A program made the position numbers and the translations under genes. From positions 1 to 61,718 of the IMG/VR virus record IMGVR_UViG_3300021180_000012: DNA of 61,718 nucleotides. One strand, given 5' to 3'. Of the stretch, positions 36,265-47,101 are shown in pieces; the stretch's first letter is position 1, and the number at the start of each line of letters is the position of its first letter. Under the pieces are notes generated by a model. It was given only the letters and a program-made list of their open reading frames with translations. It was not told the origin of the DNA and did no database searches. This DNA is from a virus. Taxonomy: Duplodnaviria; Caudoviricetes.

Positions 36265-36789
36265 CTACGCGTCTCTGATAGTCTCCGACATCGACTTGCC
36301 GGTAGAGTTGTCGCTGCTGTTACGGTGCGCAGGGTGTGAGGATGTATGGATTAGTATAACCCTCGTACGTTCTGCCCACTCTTGGTTTGCCTCGTTGGAT
36401 GTCCTGCGGAACTCACGTAGCTCTGCAAGACGCCCTGCAATGTTGTCGGTGATGGTCTTAGCCTCTACGCTCTTGTTGACTTTCAACAGCCCTGTGAAGG
36501 CCATCTCAACAGTCTCTTCGAGGATCTGTATCTCCTTCTGTCGGTCGTGAAGCAGACGAGTCTTTTCCTCGTTGTCAACTTCGAGCTTGAGTATCCTGTC
36601 AGCTTGAAACGAAACACTTTCCATCAACGAAGTTATGCGGTCGTGTTGTGTCTTGACTACGATCTGCAAGGCTTCGTTAGCTTGTTTGAGCATCTGTAAC
36701 ATGCCCCATTTCAACAGCCCGAAGGCCATGACAGCTATGACCACAAACTCTACCCCGAACTCCAAACTCGGAACCAAACCATGTTGCAT
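36265..36789 (-). CDS. N-terminal TM + coiled coil, holin/lysis-associated candidate
   Basis: FGVEFVVIAVMAFGLL followed by heptads. Confidence 0.55.
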   Translation of the reverse strand: MQHGLVPSLEFGVEFVVIAVMAFGLLKWGMLQMLKQANEALQIVVKTQHDRITSLMESVSFQADRILKLEVDNEEKTRLLHDRQKEIQILEETVEMAFTGLLKVNKSVEAKTITDNIAGRLAELREFRRTSNEANQEWAERTRVILIHTSSHPAHRNSSDNSTGKSMSETIRDA

Positions 36790-36806
36790 AGTCTATGCTA
36801 ACCCCC

Positions 36807-39491
36807 TTACTTACCTGCGTCTAACCAGGTAAGCCCTTTCTTCAATGCGTTGGTTGCGAACATTGCTGTGCCTGGGTTATTACTTGGGTCAAAGTTTGCG
36901 TTGCCACCGTTATATCCATTGCGGTAGAATATCTCAACAAGTACGGTAGATCCGGCAGTAACAGACACTGTGCCTGTTGTATCCCATGCACCACTACTGT
37001 ATATAACACTTCCCCCTACCCTTATCTTGAGTAGGTCATCCCATATACCTACGTACCAGTCAAACGTGATCGTAGACCCTGTGGTATTCTTCAAGTTCAT
37101 TCGAAGATATAGCGTGTCTAGGACGCCAGGAGTTGAATACCTCCAACACATATCAATGGGTGATAGGCTGGCTTCTTCCCAATAGAACGGGTTAACAGTT
37201 CCGGGTTGGTTGGTTCCCGGTGTCCCGGTCGCATCTGGGAAGTAGCTGTCATCCAATGCGCTCGATATGGTGTTACCCTCGGCTAGATAGCCGCGTACTC
37301 GCCACACCGGGGTTCGTGCAGCATCTGCGAGTGCACCGGCCCCGCCAGTAGTAGCGTACGGTGCTGTCGGCGCTGCAATCAAAACATCTTGTTCCGTTAC
37401 GGTCGTAGGGTCTATGTACGGCGATACACACTTGATCTTAACCACAGTACCTACCAGCGTCGACGCCACAGCGAACCTTCCCAGAGCTTGCGTCAAGTTG
37501 ACAAACACGTCAGTATTGGTATGCCCCGTAGCTAGCGTACTTCTCTGGGAACGAAGCATATCAGAGACAGTGTAGTGATTAGTCGTTACCAACGTTGCCG
37601 TGGCCCAACCCATAATCTCATAGTTTGCAGCGTTGCTCACCGACTGGTCAGCCTGGGTCAGTAGGCCGTAATTGCCTTGACCGGTTAGCACTGAGTTCTC
37701 AGAGGTTGTGGATAGTGCATTGTTCGTAGCAACGTTGAAGGTCTCGGTAGCGTCGAACCCGTTGCCGTTCGGAGTGTATGTACTGCCCAGAGCGGTTGAG
37801 GCAACCCCGAAGATCGACCTTGCAGAGATAGTGCCGATCGGATCGTACGTAACGCCTCCGTCTGTGGACATCATGACTGTGCAACCCTGCCAGCCCACAG
37901 CCCCTGTCGCCGCTACGTAGACACCGGCATTCGTGCCGTCCGTGTCTCGTAGCTCCTTGCCTGACCACGCAAAGAAGTCAGTGGCTATCGGAGTGCCGTT
38001 GGTAGTCCCGCCTGTCGGCGTCGTGCCGGTCGTAGTCTGTGTGATTACGCCGTCGTCATCGGCTACAAACTTACACCTCATCTCGCCTCGTGGGGCGCAT
38101 TCCATCTCCACGATGCGAACACGTCTTAGGGTTCCTGAGCTATCAGTCTGTAACATGATGACATCAGCACAACAGAGCTTAGTCCATCTCGGGCTTACTT
38201 GTGCTGCGTAGGTGTCACGCTCTACCCACTGCAAGTACATTAGGCGCTCTGCCATCTGCCTTGCTTCATTGTCGCCCAGTGTCAAAGGATATGACTGTGT
38301 GATGTAGTTGTTGCACCGGGCTGACTGCCGTATAGCTCCTTGCGTAGCTTGCTGCATATCGATAGAGGTAGAGTAGTAACCTACGTCGATGCGTTTTGGT
38401 AGGGTCACATCCTCTGCACGACTTTTCACAACTCTCTGGATAGGAGGAGCAGTACCGCTGTCTACAGTCTGAACACCGAGATCGTCATTCGCCCAGGTCA
38501 AGGTAGCCACGGGAGCGCCACCACGCGGTATACCCTTAACCTTGCCATCGACATCTACCAGATCGAACGAGTAGGCATCGAGCAGCGGCTGTATAGCAGA
38601 CTTGACATCGGTTCTTGACGCCATCACAATCCCTGTGACCTGCGTAGTCGACAGAAGCGACAAGTCCATTTCGGTAGAGGGGTCTATGTCTACCTGAGCC
38701 ATCATGTCGCTCAGAACCTCGTCGAGCATCGAGGCCCCGGTGTCGATCTCCACGCTAAAGTTCGGCAGACGGTTTCCGAAGTTAGTGACAGCGAAGTTCT
38801 CAAAGACTATGTAGCACGTTCCACGGAACGCCGGGTTGTCAGATCCAGCCGGGAGCACGGTGTTGCTAGCGCTAGTGATAATCAGCGGGTCGGCTAACTG
38901 GGTCTCTGTACCGTAGTACAGGCGCACATGCGAGCCGTCTGATAGCGTCCAGCTATCCCCGACCTGGTTGCTCAGACCATCGAAGATAGCAGCGTGTGTT
39001 ACTGTACCGTACTGCGATGTAGGTGTGCCGGGGGTAGTTAAGTTGTCAAGAATTACGATGTCATCAGCAAAGATCTTGATATGCCCAGACCCGATCCTGT
39101 TACCACGGCACAACGCCAGTGCACACGACAAGGTGTAGGTGTAGTTCCTAGTAGTGACTGTTGGGCCACCACCGAATGACTTACCGCCACCGCCGCTGTT
39201 GATGTCCTGCTCGTGCTCTACGAGGTCGGTTCCCCAGATGATGATACCAGGGATGCGGACCTTACCCCAACACTGTGGGATCGAGGTGCCGTACGAAGCT
39301 ACCGTAATTCGTAGGTCGCTTACACGGCCCATATCGGCTGTGAAGTAGTGTTGCCGAGAGCTATCTATGTATGATCCTACTGTAGTGCCTATCGACCACC
39401 CTAGCATTGCGCCAGCTATCGAGAACGCTAGACCCGGTGCAGCTATGCCGCCGACAACCCCACCGATAACTCCTAGTATCAATGTAGCCAT
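36807..39491 (-). CDS. Tail tip / central fibre protein (GTA megatron/Phage-tail_3-like)
   Basis: SYGTSIP..WG..RI.G.IIW, PAFRG.CYIVFE...FGNRLPN motifs; follows NlpC/P60. Confidence 0.88.
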   Translation of the reverse strand: MATLILGVIGGVVGGIAAPGLAFSIAGAMLGWSIGTTVGSYIDSSRQHYFTADMGRVSDLRITVASYGTSIPQCWGKVRIPGIIIWGTDLVEHEQDINSGGGGKSFGGGPTVTTRNYTYTLSCALALCRGNRIGSGHIKIFADDIVILDNLTTPGTPTSQYGTVTHAAIFDGLSNQVGDSWTLSDGSHVRLYYGTETQLADPLIITSASNTVLPAGSDNPAFRGTCYIVFENFAVTNFGNRLPNFSVEIDTGASMLDEVLSDMMAQVDIDPSTEMDLSLLSTTQVTGIVMASRTDVKSAIQPLLDAYSFDLVDVDGKVKGIPRGGAPVATLTWANDDLGVQTVDSGTAPPIQRVVKSRAEDVTLPKRIDVGYYSTSIDMQQATQGAIRQSARCNNYITQSYPLTLGDNEARQMAERLMYLQWVERDTYAAQVSPRWTKLCCADVIMLQTDSSGTLRRVRIVEMECAPRGEMRCKFVADDDGVITQTTTGTTPTGGTTNGTPIATDFFAWSGKELRDTDGTNAGVYVAATGAVGWQGCTVMMSTDGGVTYDPIGTISARSIFGVASTALGSTYTPNGNGFDATETFNVATNNALSTTSENSVLTGQGNYGLLTQADQSVSNAANYEIMGWATATLVTTNHYTVSDMLRSQRSTLATGHTNTDVFVNLTQALGRFAVASTLVGTVVKIKCVSPYIDPTTVTEQDVLIAAPTAPYATTGGAGALADAARTPVWRVRGYLAEGNTISSALDDSYFPDATGTPGTNQPGTVNPFYWEEASLSPIDMCWRYSTPGVLDTLYLRMNLKNTTGSTITFDWYVGIWDDLLKIRVGGSVIYSSGAWDTTGTVSVTAGSTVLVEIFYRNGYNGGNANFDPSNNPGTAMFATNALKKGLTWLDAGK

Positions 39492-39495
39492 TGAA

Positions 39496-39927
39496 CTACT
39501 CCAATCGATTAAAACGCCAGACTGAGTGTATCTGGTTATGCCAGGTGGAGAACGGAACCTCTGTGACCCTAGATGCCAACCCCATGAACCAGGAGTGGAT
39601 TATGGTCTTATCCTCTGTGTAGTACACTAGATGGTGGAACATCTGGTATGGGTGTTCTACTCGCAACAGGATAACGTCGCCAGGTTCGAAGTCCTTCGTC
39701 TCTTTCTGGGTAAAGGATGATCCAAGACACTCGATCATTTCGAGCAGCTTATCAGCCTTCTTGTCGTACTTTGGTCGGTCCTCAATGACTGTGCCATCCA
39801 TCAGGTTAAGCCCGATAGACAGCATACCGTAGCAGTCAAGGCCATGCCCCAACACTCGTCCTCCGTGGTGGAATGGAGTGCCTAGCGTTCTACGTATCGC
39901 CGTGGTCATCTCAGCGACTGTTACGAT
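39496..39927 (-). CDS. NlpC/P60 tail-associated peptidase (start uncertain: ATC 39927 or ATG 39909)
   Basis: LGTPFHHGGR...GLDCYG...PGD...HH...IIHS. Confidence 0.85.
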   Translation of the reverse strand: MVTVAEMTTAIRRTLGTPFHHGGRVLGHGLDCYGMLSIGLNLMDGTVIEDRPKYDKKADKLLEMIECLGSSFTQKETKDFEPGDVILLRVEHPYQMFHHLVYYTEDKTIIHSWFMGLASRVTEVPFSTWHNQIHSVWRFNRLE

Positions 39928-40793
39928 GGTGGCCTTCCCGTCGTAGCTAGGTAGTCGTTGCCCGGTACGTACGGCTCCGAGTGGATGTTCACTAAGTTGT
40001 TGAACTTGCTCCTGCATGTTAGTGGGTTCCTATCACAGCCAGCTTCGAGCACGACTGCATCGCCCACAATCACTGTGAACTTTGTCGGCTCTTGCAGCAC
40101 GATCGTCATGTTACCGTGGCCGTCAGAGGTTGAGGTTTTGACTTCCATGCTAATGTCATGGTTCAAACCACCGCCGCCACCAATGGTGCCAAACCTAACC
40201 ATGCCGTAGTCGTAGTACCCGGTAATGTTGCTATCGGAGAATATCAGGGTACGCACGTCGACCACTGTAGCCACTGTTGCCGAGTGACGAAAGCCCGTCA
40301 TGTTAACCTTACATTGGCTGTCACCCAACTGGTTAACTCGGCACAGCGGAGTGATGACATCGCCTATCTGTTGGTTAAGCTTCTGTCCCAGAGAGTTAAT
40401 TGCCAACTGAGCCTGACCGTCGCCGTAGTCGGCTTGCCCGGTAGTGCCTTTGATATCCGTTATGTGCAGCATCGTTAGGTCGTTGGGGTTGACACGCATG
40501 ATCGTAATGTCTGCGTAGTCATAGCGCCCACCGTCCAGATCCTCTTCGAGAATGTACGTGCTGTCGATCGCGAATGTCATGTCGGTCTGGTCTGTAGTCA
40601 GGTCAGCATTGGTCTTAGGGGCTGCGGGTGTCACACTGTTGGGCTGATACTCTAACCCGCTGTATGTTATCGGGAGATCCCAATCGGTGAACCCCATTGT
40701 CACGCCATCGACCCTACTAACCTTTATGAGCACAGCTACTGGGGATGGCGGTGACTGTAGATAATCGTCGAGGGCCACGCTTATGTTTCTCAT
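39921..40793 (-). CDS. Baseplate hub protein (DUF2163/BR0599, GTA-like)
   Basis: R.DG..GFTD, GRYDYA, CR..LGD..C, GCD....C..KFNN..N...EP.VPG. Confidence 0.9.
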   Translation of the reverse strand: MRNISVALDDYLQSPPSPVAVLIKVSRVDGVTMGFTDWDLPITYSGLEYQPNSVTPAAPKTNADLTTDQTDMTFAIDSTYILEEDLDGGRYDYADITIMRVNPNDLTMLHITDIKGTTGQADYGDGQAQLAINSLGQKLNQQIGDVITPLCRVNQLGDSQCKVNMTGFRHSATVATVVDVRTLIFSDSNITGYYDYGMVRFGTIGGGGGLNHDISMEVKTSTSDGHGNMTIVLQEPTKFTVIVGDAVVLEAGCDRNPLTCRSKFNNLVNIHSEPYVPGNDYLATTGRPPS

Positions 40794-41464
40794 ACCGGGA
40801 CCTCCAATATATTGATGCTATCCCAGTCCATGACATCGAAGTCGCTCCATGCCGCTGTCTGGTCATCGACATCGAAGCGCATAGGCGTGTCCCAATAGCC
40901 GTCCCACGCGAATGTATGCCCGACTTGGTTTGTGTTGAAGGTAACAATCCCTGTGGTCACATCCAAACTCCAATTACCAGAGCTAGGCCACGGCGTTGAA
41001 CTGCCGTCTCGGTATAGGTGGAATGGAGTTGCACCGGTGCCGGTCGTACCGCCAGCGCTGTTCATGTCCGGTTTGCGGATAGGCACAGTCTCTGTTCTCC
41101 CGGCGTATACTCTCTGGTGATAGAGTTGCATAGTGGTGCCGGAAGTGTACAGAGGTAGACTTTCCGAGGCAAACGTTTGCCCGTTATCAGTGCTTGTGAA
41201 GTATTCGCGAAGATTGCGAAACCGCCAACCCCAGGCTTTACCCTGAGCAGCGGCAAAGTGAGCCGAGATTACCTTCATCGCATTCTTTGACTTGGTAGTC
41301 AGGTTGATCGATAGTTTCCAGTAACCTCGGCTCTGCATCGGGAAGCGGCTTTCGGGTCCGTGCGCAATCCCTGCTACAACCGTGGTGTTGTAACTGAGAC
41401 CACCTTTAGTTCCCCAATCGAGTAGAGGGTCTAATTGTATCTCAAGAAACCCAGGTGTAGACAT
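40790..41464 (-). CDS. Distal tail protein (DUF2460, GTA-like)
   Basis: GG..YNT.V, F....G.A.G.RF, PMRFD.D. Confidence 0.88.
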   Translation of the reverse strand: MSTPGFLEIQLDPLLDWGTKGGLSYNTTVVAGIAHGPESRFPMQSRGYWKLSINLTTKSKNAMKVISAHFAAAQGKAWGWRFRNLREYFTSTDNGQTFASESLPLYTSGTTMQLYHQRVYAGRTETVPIRKPDMNSAGGTTGTGATPFHLYRDGSSTPWPSSGNWSLDVTTGIVTFNTNQVGHTFAWDGYWDTPMRFDVDDQTAAWSDFDVMDWDSINILEVPV

Positions 41465-41474
41465 GGACTGATAC

Positions 41475-44400
41475 CTACCTTATCGTTTTCATCGCACGTC
41501 GAGCATCCTGCATCATGGATGCTTTGGACTGTCGGAAACCGCGAACGTCGGGTGTCGTAATATGGAAGTTCTGGTTGATCACAGTCTGTGACCCTCCACT
41601 CTCACCTGTCCACGCCCCGCCGCCGTTCTTGTTCTTTAGTTTACCAAGAGGCACAATCATTCCGGGTCCGTCAGGGATTAGTACCTCATTGTCGTTTACG
41701 TAGGTCGGAACGCCTGGGATAGCGCGACCGCCTTCGGCTGCATAGTACACAACAGGTGCACTAGGGGCAGGTGTGGCGACGGGGGATTGGGTAGGGGCAG
41801 ACCCTCCCCCACCGCCGCCCCCTCCTTTCCCGAGGGAAAGGAAGCCTAGACCGGTGCTGATAATCCCTGTGAGTGTGCTAGCCCAGTTAGAGCCACCACT
41901 AGTGAAACCAGAGCCGGTACCTATCTGTCGCGAAAGGTACTTCAATATCTGTGATTGAAGGTACTCTTCTGCCATCTTTGTCAGCGTCTGAGTGAAGCTG
42001 TCATAGATGCTCTTGAACAACCGAGTGAATACATTGGAAAGGTTGTTACCCATTCCACTGATTTTCTTGTTGGTCTGGTCGATCTGCTGTTGTATCTGCT
42101 GTAGCCGTTGGATGTATGGGTCGTTAGGATCGTTAGGGTACTGGTTCTTGAACTGTTGCTCAGCTACTTGGTACTGCATGTATTCGTTCTGCTGTTCAAG
42201 TTTCTGTTGCTGCAAGCTCCCTCTCTGCTGTGGGTCAGGATTGAACGCACTGTTAAGCCCATTCATAAACCCCTGTGCCAAAGCCTGTGTACCCTGCGAC
42301 ATCATGTCGGAGATCTTCTTGCGAAGGTCTAGCTGCTTCTGTAGCTGGAAATTAGCCTTTGCTAAGTCCGTGTCAAACCCAGGTGGCAGAACGAAGTCGA
42401 ACACCGGTCGGCCTTGTTCGTCGACGCCGATCTGCTGTAGCTGCTTGAAACTGTCAATGTATGCTTGCAAGCTGTTAGGCTTATCACTAGCATCCATCAA
42501 CTGCTTAGCAGTGTTTGCGTAGTCCTCGATCTGCTTCTGCCTTGTTGCCTGGGCTTGCTGCTGAACAGTCTGAGCTTTCAGTTCATCCTCGTAAGCCTTG
42601 ATAGCCGCTTGACCGACATCTCCCCAATCTGCTCGTATACGTGCCAGGGCTTCTGCGTTTGCAGCTTCCCAGTCGTGCACAGCTTTCATGGGTGCGTTGT
42701 ACATGTCAGCGATTGCGTTCTGGCTTTCCAACGACTTGGCCTGTAGCTGTCGTCGCTGGTCGACTAGGAACTGTGCGCTCTCAGCGTTCTCTTCGTCCTG
42801 AGCCTCTTTCTTGATGCGATCTTCAAAGACGTTGAGCTTTTCCTTCTCAGCGTCTGTGCCATGTTGCAGTATGTTGTCTATCGCATCGAAGTTATCCTTC
42901 TTCCACTTATCAAGGGCTGCTTGCCGCGCATTAGCGAAACTCGGGAAATACTTCTCAGAGATCTTCTGCTGGTACTGCTCCCACTTATCGTCAAGTGAGC
43001 GTCCTTGAGCTTTCAAGAACGTATCGGCATCACCCTGGTCAGCTTGACCAGCCGCCTTCATTGCCTGATTAGTCTTGTCGAGATCGGCCTGGTCGTTGCG
43101 GCTTAGCGGTCCCATCTGATTTCTCAGTGTTGCCGGGTCCTTGATGATACCTTTACGTACTAGCTCGTTGATCTGTGCGATCGCAGAGGCTGTGTTGCTC
43201 TTAGGCTGCGTACTTTCGTCCGCTTTTCTCTGGAAGGAAGATACCATGCTGTCTAGTTGGCCCATTGCCAGCACTTGACGCTCGGTATCGAGGACTGTGC
43301 GTTTAGTGGCGTCATCCAGCAGACCCCACTTCTCCGCACCGCCCTCGGCTTCAACCGCTGCCTTCTTGACTTCATCGCCAGCGATCTTTTGAGCGAACGC
43401 CAGATCCTGTAAGTCTTTGACAGCCTTGAACCTTGCTGCCGTATCTTCCTGTGCCTGGATCGCACCCATGTAGGACTTCTGAGCACCGGGTACCGTTCCA
43501 AGAGCGTTCCATTTATCGAGACCGCCAACGTTCTGAATTGCACGCTGTTCCAGATAGCTCTTAGAGGCTACGGCTACCTGGTCGTTCATCTTGTCTACAA
43601 GAGCTTTGACGTACGCTGCGTGCTCAGCAACATCGGCCTGGGCTGCGAGCTTTAGTAGAGCTTCACGCTGCTTCGTATCCTTTATTAGACCTAGCTTTGT
43701 TGGCTCTGCTAGAAGCTGTCTAGCTTTCTCGACCTCGTTATTGGTGTCAAGATCCTCTTTCTTTGCCTTGAGACTGATAATCATGTGCAGACTATCGATC
43801 TCTTCTTTGTACCTCTTCTGAGCAGCCTTGCGCTCAGCCTCTTCCTGTTTGGCGGCTTCCTTAGCAGCTTTGGCCCTATCAGCCATTGTCTGCATATCGG
43901 CATGTGTTATTCCACCGTTGGTGGCAGTAGGTGGCATGTACGGTATTCCGTCATTACTACCTCCACCGCCCCCCGGCATGAACGCATGTGTGTAGCCGCC
44001 CCATGTCGCTGCTGCTATATCAGCCTTCGATAGCACCCTGTCATCCGACACATAGTCGGGGTTTCGAGTATTCCGGTGTTGCGGGTTCTCGATGTTGCTT
44101 TCTAGTCGATGGGCAGCCCCATTCTCATAGTGTACTGCCCAGAAATGCCCACGACCATACCTATCGCCAGGAGCCGCGTGCATCAAGGTACCTTCGGGGT
44201 AGTTGCCGGAAGCATCAGGGCCTACTCTGTTTGCACGTGTGTCAAACGATGAGACACTAGCTCCTAATACTTTGGTCAGTTCCCCCGCACAGTCCCTGCC
44301 TATGTACTTGCCGAGATCTTGCATCATCGACTGTACGTAAGTAGGAACTACCTTCGGGTCATAATGGCCGCTACCTACGGCTGCACGCCGCTGCTCGGCT

Positions 44401-47069
44401 GTTAGCTTAGCCTGATCGTGTAGGTAGTTAGTCAGAACAGGTAGAGAAGCCTCAAGGGCTGCTAACCTAGCTCGCATCCCGCTCTCTGTACTGTAGTTCG
44501 GGTTAGACGTATCGTAGCCCTGCGACTTGAGAGCATCGGAAGCGAAGATATCTCGGTTAGCTTGTCTTGCCTTGCCGCCTATGCCTGGGTTCCAATGGCC
44601 CCATGCATCCTGCAATGCCCCTTGTAGATCTGCAATCTCTGTGGATACCTTGAGCTTTGCAACGACCGCAGCCCCGCTAGCGCTGGACGCTGCTGCCTGG
44701 GCCTCAGCGTTTGCGAAGTTCTGTGCAGACTTAGCGGCCTGGTCCTGGGCAGAACGCATGTCATCATATGCGCCCTTGAGCTTGTACAGTTCGAACGCAA
44801 GTCCCGCTACAGCTAGCACGAGGATTGCGATAGGTCCTGTACCTGCCAGGGATAGCTCAGCCAACGATGCACCAAAGCCAGTACCGGCTCCTGCTGCACC
44901 TCGGAACGCCCACAGCAAGCCTTCGCCGGGTCCGAGGGCCTTAATCAAGAACCTCGCACCGTCTGTTACCTTAACTGTAGCCCCGAAGAACCTCAAGAAG
45001 TCGATGCCCAGTTTGGCTACGATAGATAGAGCACCAAACGCTGTGACCGCGGACTGTACAGGCTGAGGAAGCTTTTGGAATGCTTCCATAGCTGTTAGCA
45101 CAGCGTCTGCTATCCGCTTTATTGTCGGCATCCATGTGATGAACAGTTTCATCGCACGCTCGCCAACCGGCATGAACTCTACCTGGATCGTTCGAATGAA
45201 CTGCTTCCACTGGTTCTGTCCAGCTTGCATAGCTCGATCGAAGCGCTGGTCAACTGTAGTGTCTGCTAGCCCCTTCTGTGCTTTGGTTGTCAGCACAAGA
45301 GCGTCGTGGTAGTCCTTAGCGCCTGACTTCATCAAAGCCATAGCACCAATGCCGCCACGCATAGCTCCGATCAGCGAGTTGACAGCCTCTGCGTTACCAC
45401 CCGTAACCTGTTTGATATCCGACAGGACACCGTATAACCCACGACCAGCCAAACCTGATGACGAGAAGTCCTTAACGAGATCAATACCCATGCTGTTCGC
45501 ACGGGCTTGAAGTAGCTCGATGTTCTTTCGGGCTTCCGCTGTTGGATTGGCAATGTGGTTGAGCAGGTTAGTTACCTGCGTGTTGGCCTCAGAGGTTGAG
45601 AACTTCTGCTGTGTTAGAGCAGACAGAGCCGCTTCGACGTCTGCAAGCTGAACACCGTAGTTAGCCGCCATTCCTGTTGCTTTGCCGGTGTTGTCTGTCC
45701 ACTCCTGAATAGTCGAGTTGCCGCGAGCAGCAGCAATCGCTATCAGGTTCATAGTGTTTGCAGCCTCCCCACCCTTGATGTGAAAGACATGCATGGTTCC
45801 GGCAAGAGCGTTTGCGGTACTATCAACCTTTGACTGTGTAGAGATCGCTTCCTTAGATGCGACCATGAGAATGTTCTGAGCTTCCGCGCCCTTGTAGGCG
45901 TGGTTGGCAATCCTCATGTACCCGTCGGAAATGTCGTCAAGCTCAGCCCCTGTTGCTTTGCCAGTGGACAGAACTACTTGCTGCATCTCCTTCAACTGAG
46001 CGTTGGTCATCAACGTATTGTTGGCGACCGCAGTTGTTTTGGCTTCGAACCCGGCATACATACCAGCAGTAACAGCCTCTATGCCTGTTATAAGGGCTGC
46101 TGTGTTGCTAAGGGCGCTACCTACCGCTTGCCATCGAGCCGTCGTAGCTTCTGCCGCTGCTTGCTGTTCGGCTACGTACTCTTCCACGGACGCGCGATTG
46201 GCTGCTAGGCGCTTTGCATCCTCTTCTGCGAGGATTGCCGTCATCTCGCGCTCGATCGCTGCACGCTCGGCAAGAGCTTCCTTCACCTGTGCGTTTATCG
46301 AAGCTTCGTACTCAGCGTTCGCCGCCTCGCGCTCGGCAAGCATTCCCTTTTCAAGATTTACCAGTTCACGAGAGGAAACCTTCCACTCGTTTGTGTATAT
46401 GGCAAACGCTGACATCCTTCTCTGGAGAAAGACTTGATATGCTTCCGCACTGAGGTTGCCGTTCTCGTATTCGAACTTCGCAAGGTTTGCTAACGACTCC
46501 TGCTTCTGCTTGTTGGCAAGGTCGGTGGCCTTCGCATCATCTGCTCGGGCCTTCTCGACCGATCGCGCTGCTGCTTCCTCTTCCGCTAGCAGAGCCGTGT
46601 ACTCTTCCTGAAACTTACGTTCAGACGCTATGCGCTCGGCATCTGCCTGTCGCTTTGCCTCAGCCATCTCTCGGTTAGCCTGTTGGTCAGACCGTAGACG
46701 CTGAGAAGTAAGTTCTCTTTCCAGAGAGACCATCTGCGTAGCAGCAGCCTTCCACTCCGATGTGTAGGCTTCGAACGACTGCATACGCTGTTGCAAAAAC
46801 TTCTTGAAATCATCGGCTGACTTCTGCCCCATCTGGTACTCGTACTGCGTGCGGTTCATTGCTGCTCGCTGTGCACGGGCAGAACTTTCCTCGATGGTTC
46901 TGTTGGAAGCAGACGCAGCCCGTGTAAAGGCTCCGTTCATAGCCTCTGCGGATTTCTCCATCATGGCTTGCGTCTGCTTCATCTGAACTTCGACCTTAGA
47001 GAGACGTGCGTCTAAGGCTGCTGTGTCGGCGCTGATTACCGCCTTCAATTCTGCAATTGTGCTAGCCAT
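41475..47069 (-). CDS. Tape measure protein (TP901-type core) with an embedded Cys/His peptidase-like domain
   Basis: 1864 aa, Ala/Gln-rich helical; position after the chaperones. Confidence 0.92.
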   Translation of the reverse strand: MASTIAELKAVISADTAALDARLSKVEVQMKQTQAMMEKSAEAMNGAFTRAASASNRTIEESSARAQRAAMNRTQYEYQMGQKSADDFKKFLQQRMQSFEAYTSEWKAAATQMVSLERELTSQRLRSDQQANREMAEAKRQADAERIASERKFQEEYTALLAEEEAAARSVEKARADDAKATDLANKQKQESLANLAKFEYENGNLSAEAYQVFLQRRMSAFAIYTNEWKVSSRELVNLEKGMLAEREAANAEYEASINAQVKEALAERAAIEREMTAILAEEDAKRLAANRASVEEYVAEQQAAAEATTARWQAVGSALSNTAALITGIEAVTAGMYAGFEAKTTAVANNTLMTNAQLKEMQQVVLSTGKATGAELDDISDGYMRIANHAYKGAEAQNILMVASKEAISTQSKVDSTANALAGTMHVFHIKGGEAANTMNLIAIAAARGNSTIQEWTDNTGKATGMAANYGVQLADVEAALSALTQQKFSTSEANTQVTNLLNHIANPTAEARKNIELLQARANSMGIDLVKDFSSSGLAGRGLYGVLSDIKQVTGGNAEAVNSLIGAMRGGIGAMALMKSGAKDYHDALVLTTKAQKGLADTTVDQRFDRAMQAGQNQWKQFIRTIQVEFMPVGERAMKLFITWMPTIKRIADAVLTAMEAFQKLPQPVQSAVTAFGALSIVAKLGIDFLRFFGATVKVTDGARFLIKALGPGEGLLWAFRGAAGAGTGFGASLAELSLAGTGPIAILVLAVAGLAFELYKLKGAYDDMRSAQDQAAKSAQNFANAEAQAAASSASGAAVVAKLKVSTEIADLQGALQDAWGHWNPGIGGKARQANRDIFASDALKSQGYDTSNPNYSTESGMRARLAALEASLPVLTNYLHDQAKLTAEQRRAAVGSGHYDPKVVPTYVQSMMQDLGKYIGRDCAGELTKVLGASVSSFDTRANRVGPDASGNYPEGTLMHAAPGDRYGRGHFWAVHYENGAAHRLESNIENPQHRNTRNPDYVSDDRVLSKADIAAATWGGYTHAFMPGGGGGSNDGIPYMPPTATNGGITHADMQTMADRAKAAKEAAKQEEAERKAAQKRYKEEIDSLHMIISLKAKKEDLDTNNEVEKARQLLAEPTKLGLIKDTKQREALLKLAAQADVAEHAAYVKALVDKMNDQVAVASKSYLEQRAIQNVGGLDKWNALGTVPGAQKSYMGAIQAQEDTAARFKAVKDLQDLAFAQKIAGDEVKKAAVEAEGGAEKWGLLDDATKRTVLDTERQVLAMGQLDSMVSSFQRKADESTQPKSNTASAIAQINELVRKGIIKDPATLRNQMGPLSRNDQADLDKTNQAMKAAGQADQGDADTFLKAQGRSLDDKWEQYQQKISEKYFPSFANARQAALDKWKKDNFDAIDNILQHGTDAEKEKLNVFEDRIKKEAQDEENAESAQFLVDQRRQLQAKSLESQNAIADMYNAPMKAVHDWEAANAEALARIRADWGDVGQAAIKAYEDELKAQTVQQQAQATRQKQIEDYANTAKQLMDASDKPNSLQAYIDSFKQLQQIGVDEQGRPVFDFVLPPGFDTDLAKANFQLQKQLDLRKKISDMMSQGTQALAQGFMNGLNSAFNPDPQQRGSLQQQKLEQQNEYMQYQVAEQQFKNQYPNDPNDPYIQRLQQIQQQIDQTNKKISGMGNNLSNVFTRLFKSIYDSFTQTLTKMAEEYLQSQILKYLSRQIGTGSGFTSGGSNWASTLTGIISTGLGFLSLGKGGGGGGGGSAPTQSPVATPAPSAPVVYYAAEGGRAIPGVPTYVNDNEVLIPDGPGMIVPLGKLKNKNGGGAWTGESGGSQTVINQNFHITTPDVRGFRQSKASMMQDARRAMKTIR

Positions 47070-47101
47070 AGTTTTCTCTCCAAGGTCTCAGTCATTGCGA
47101 G

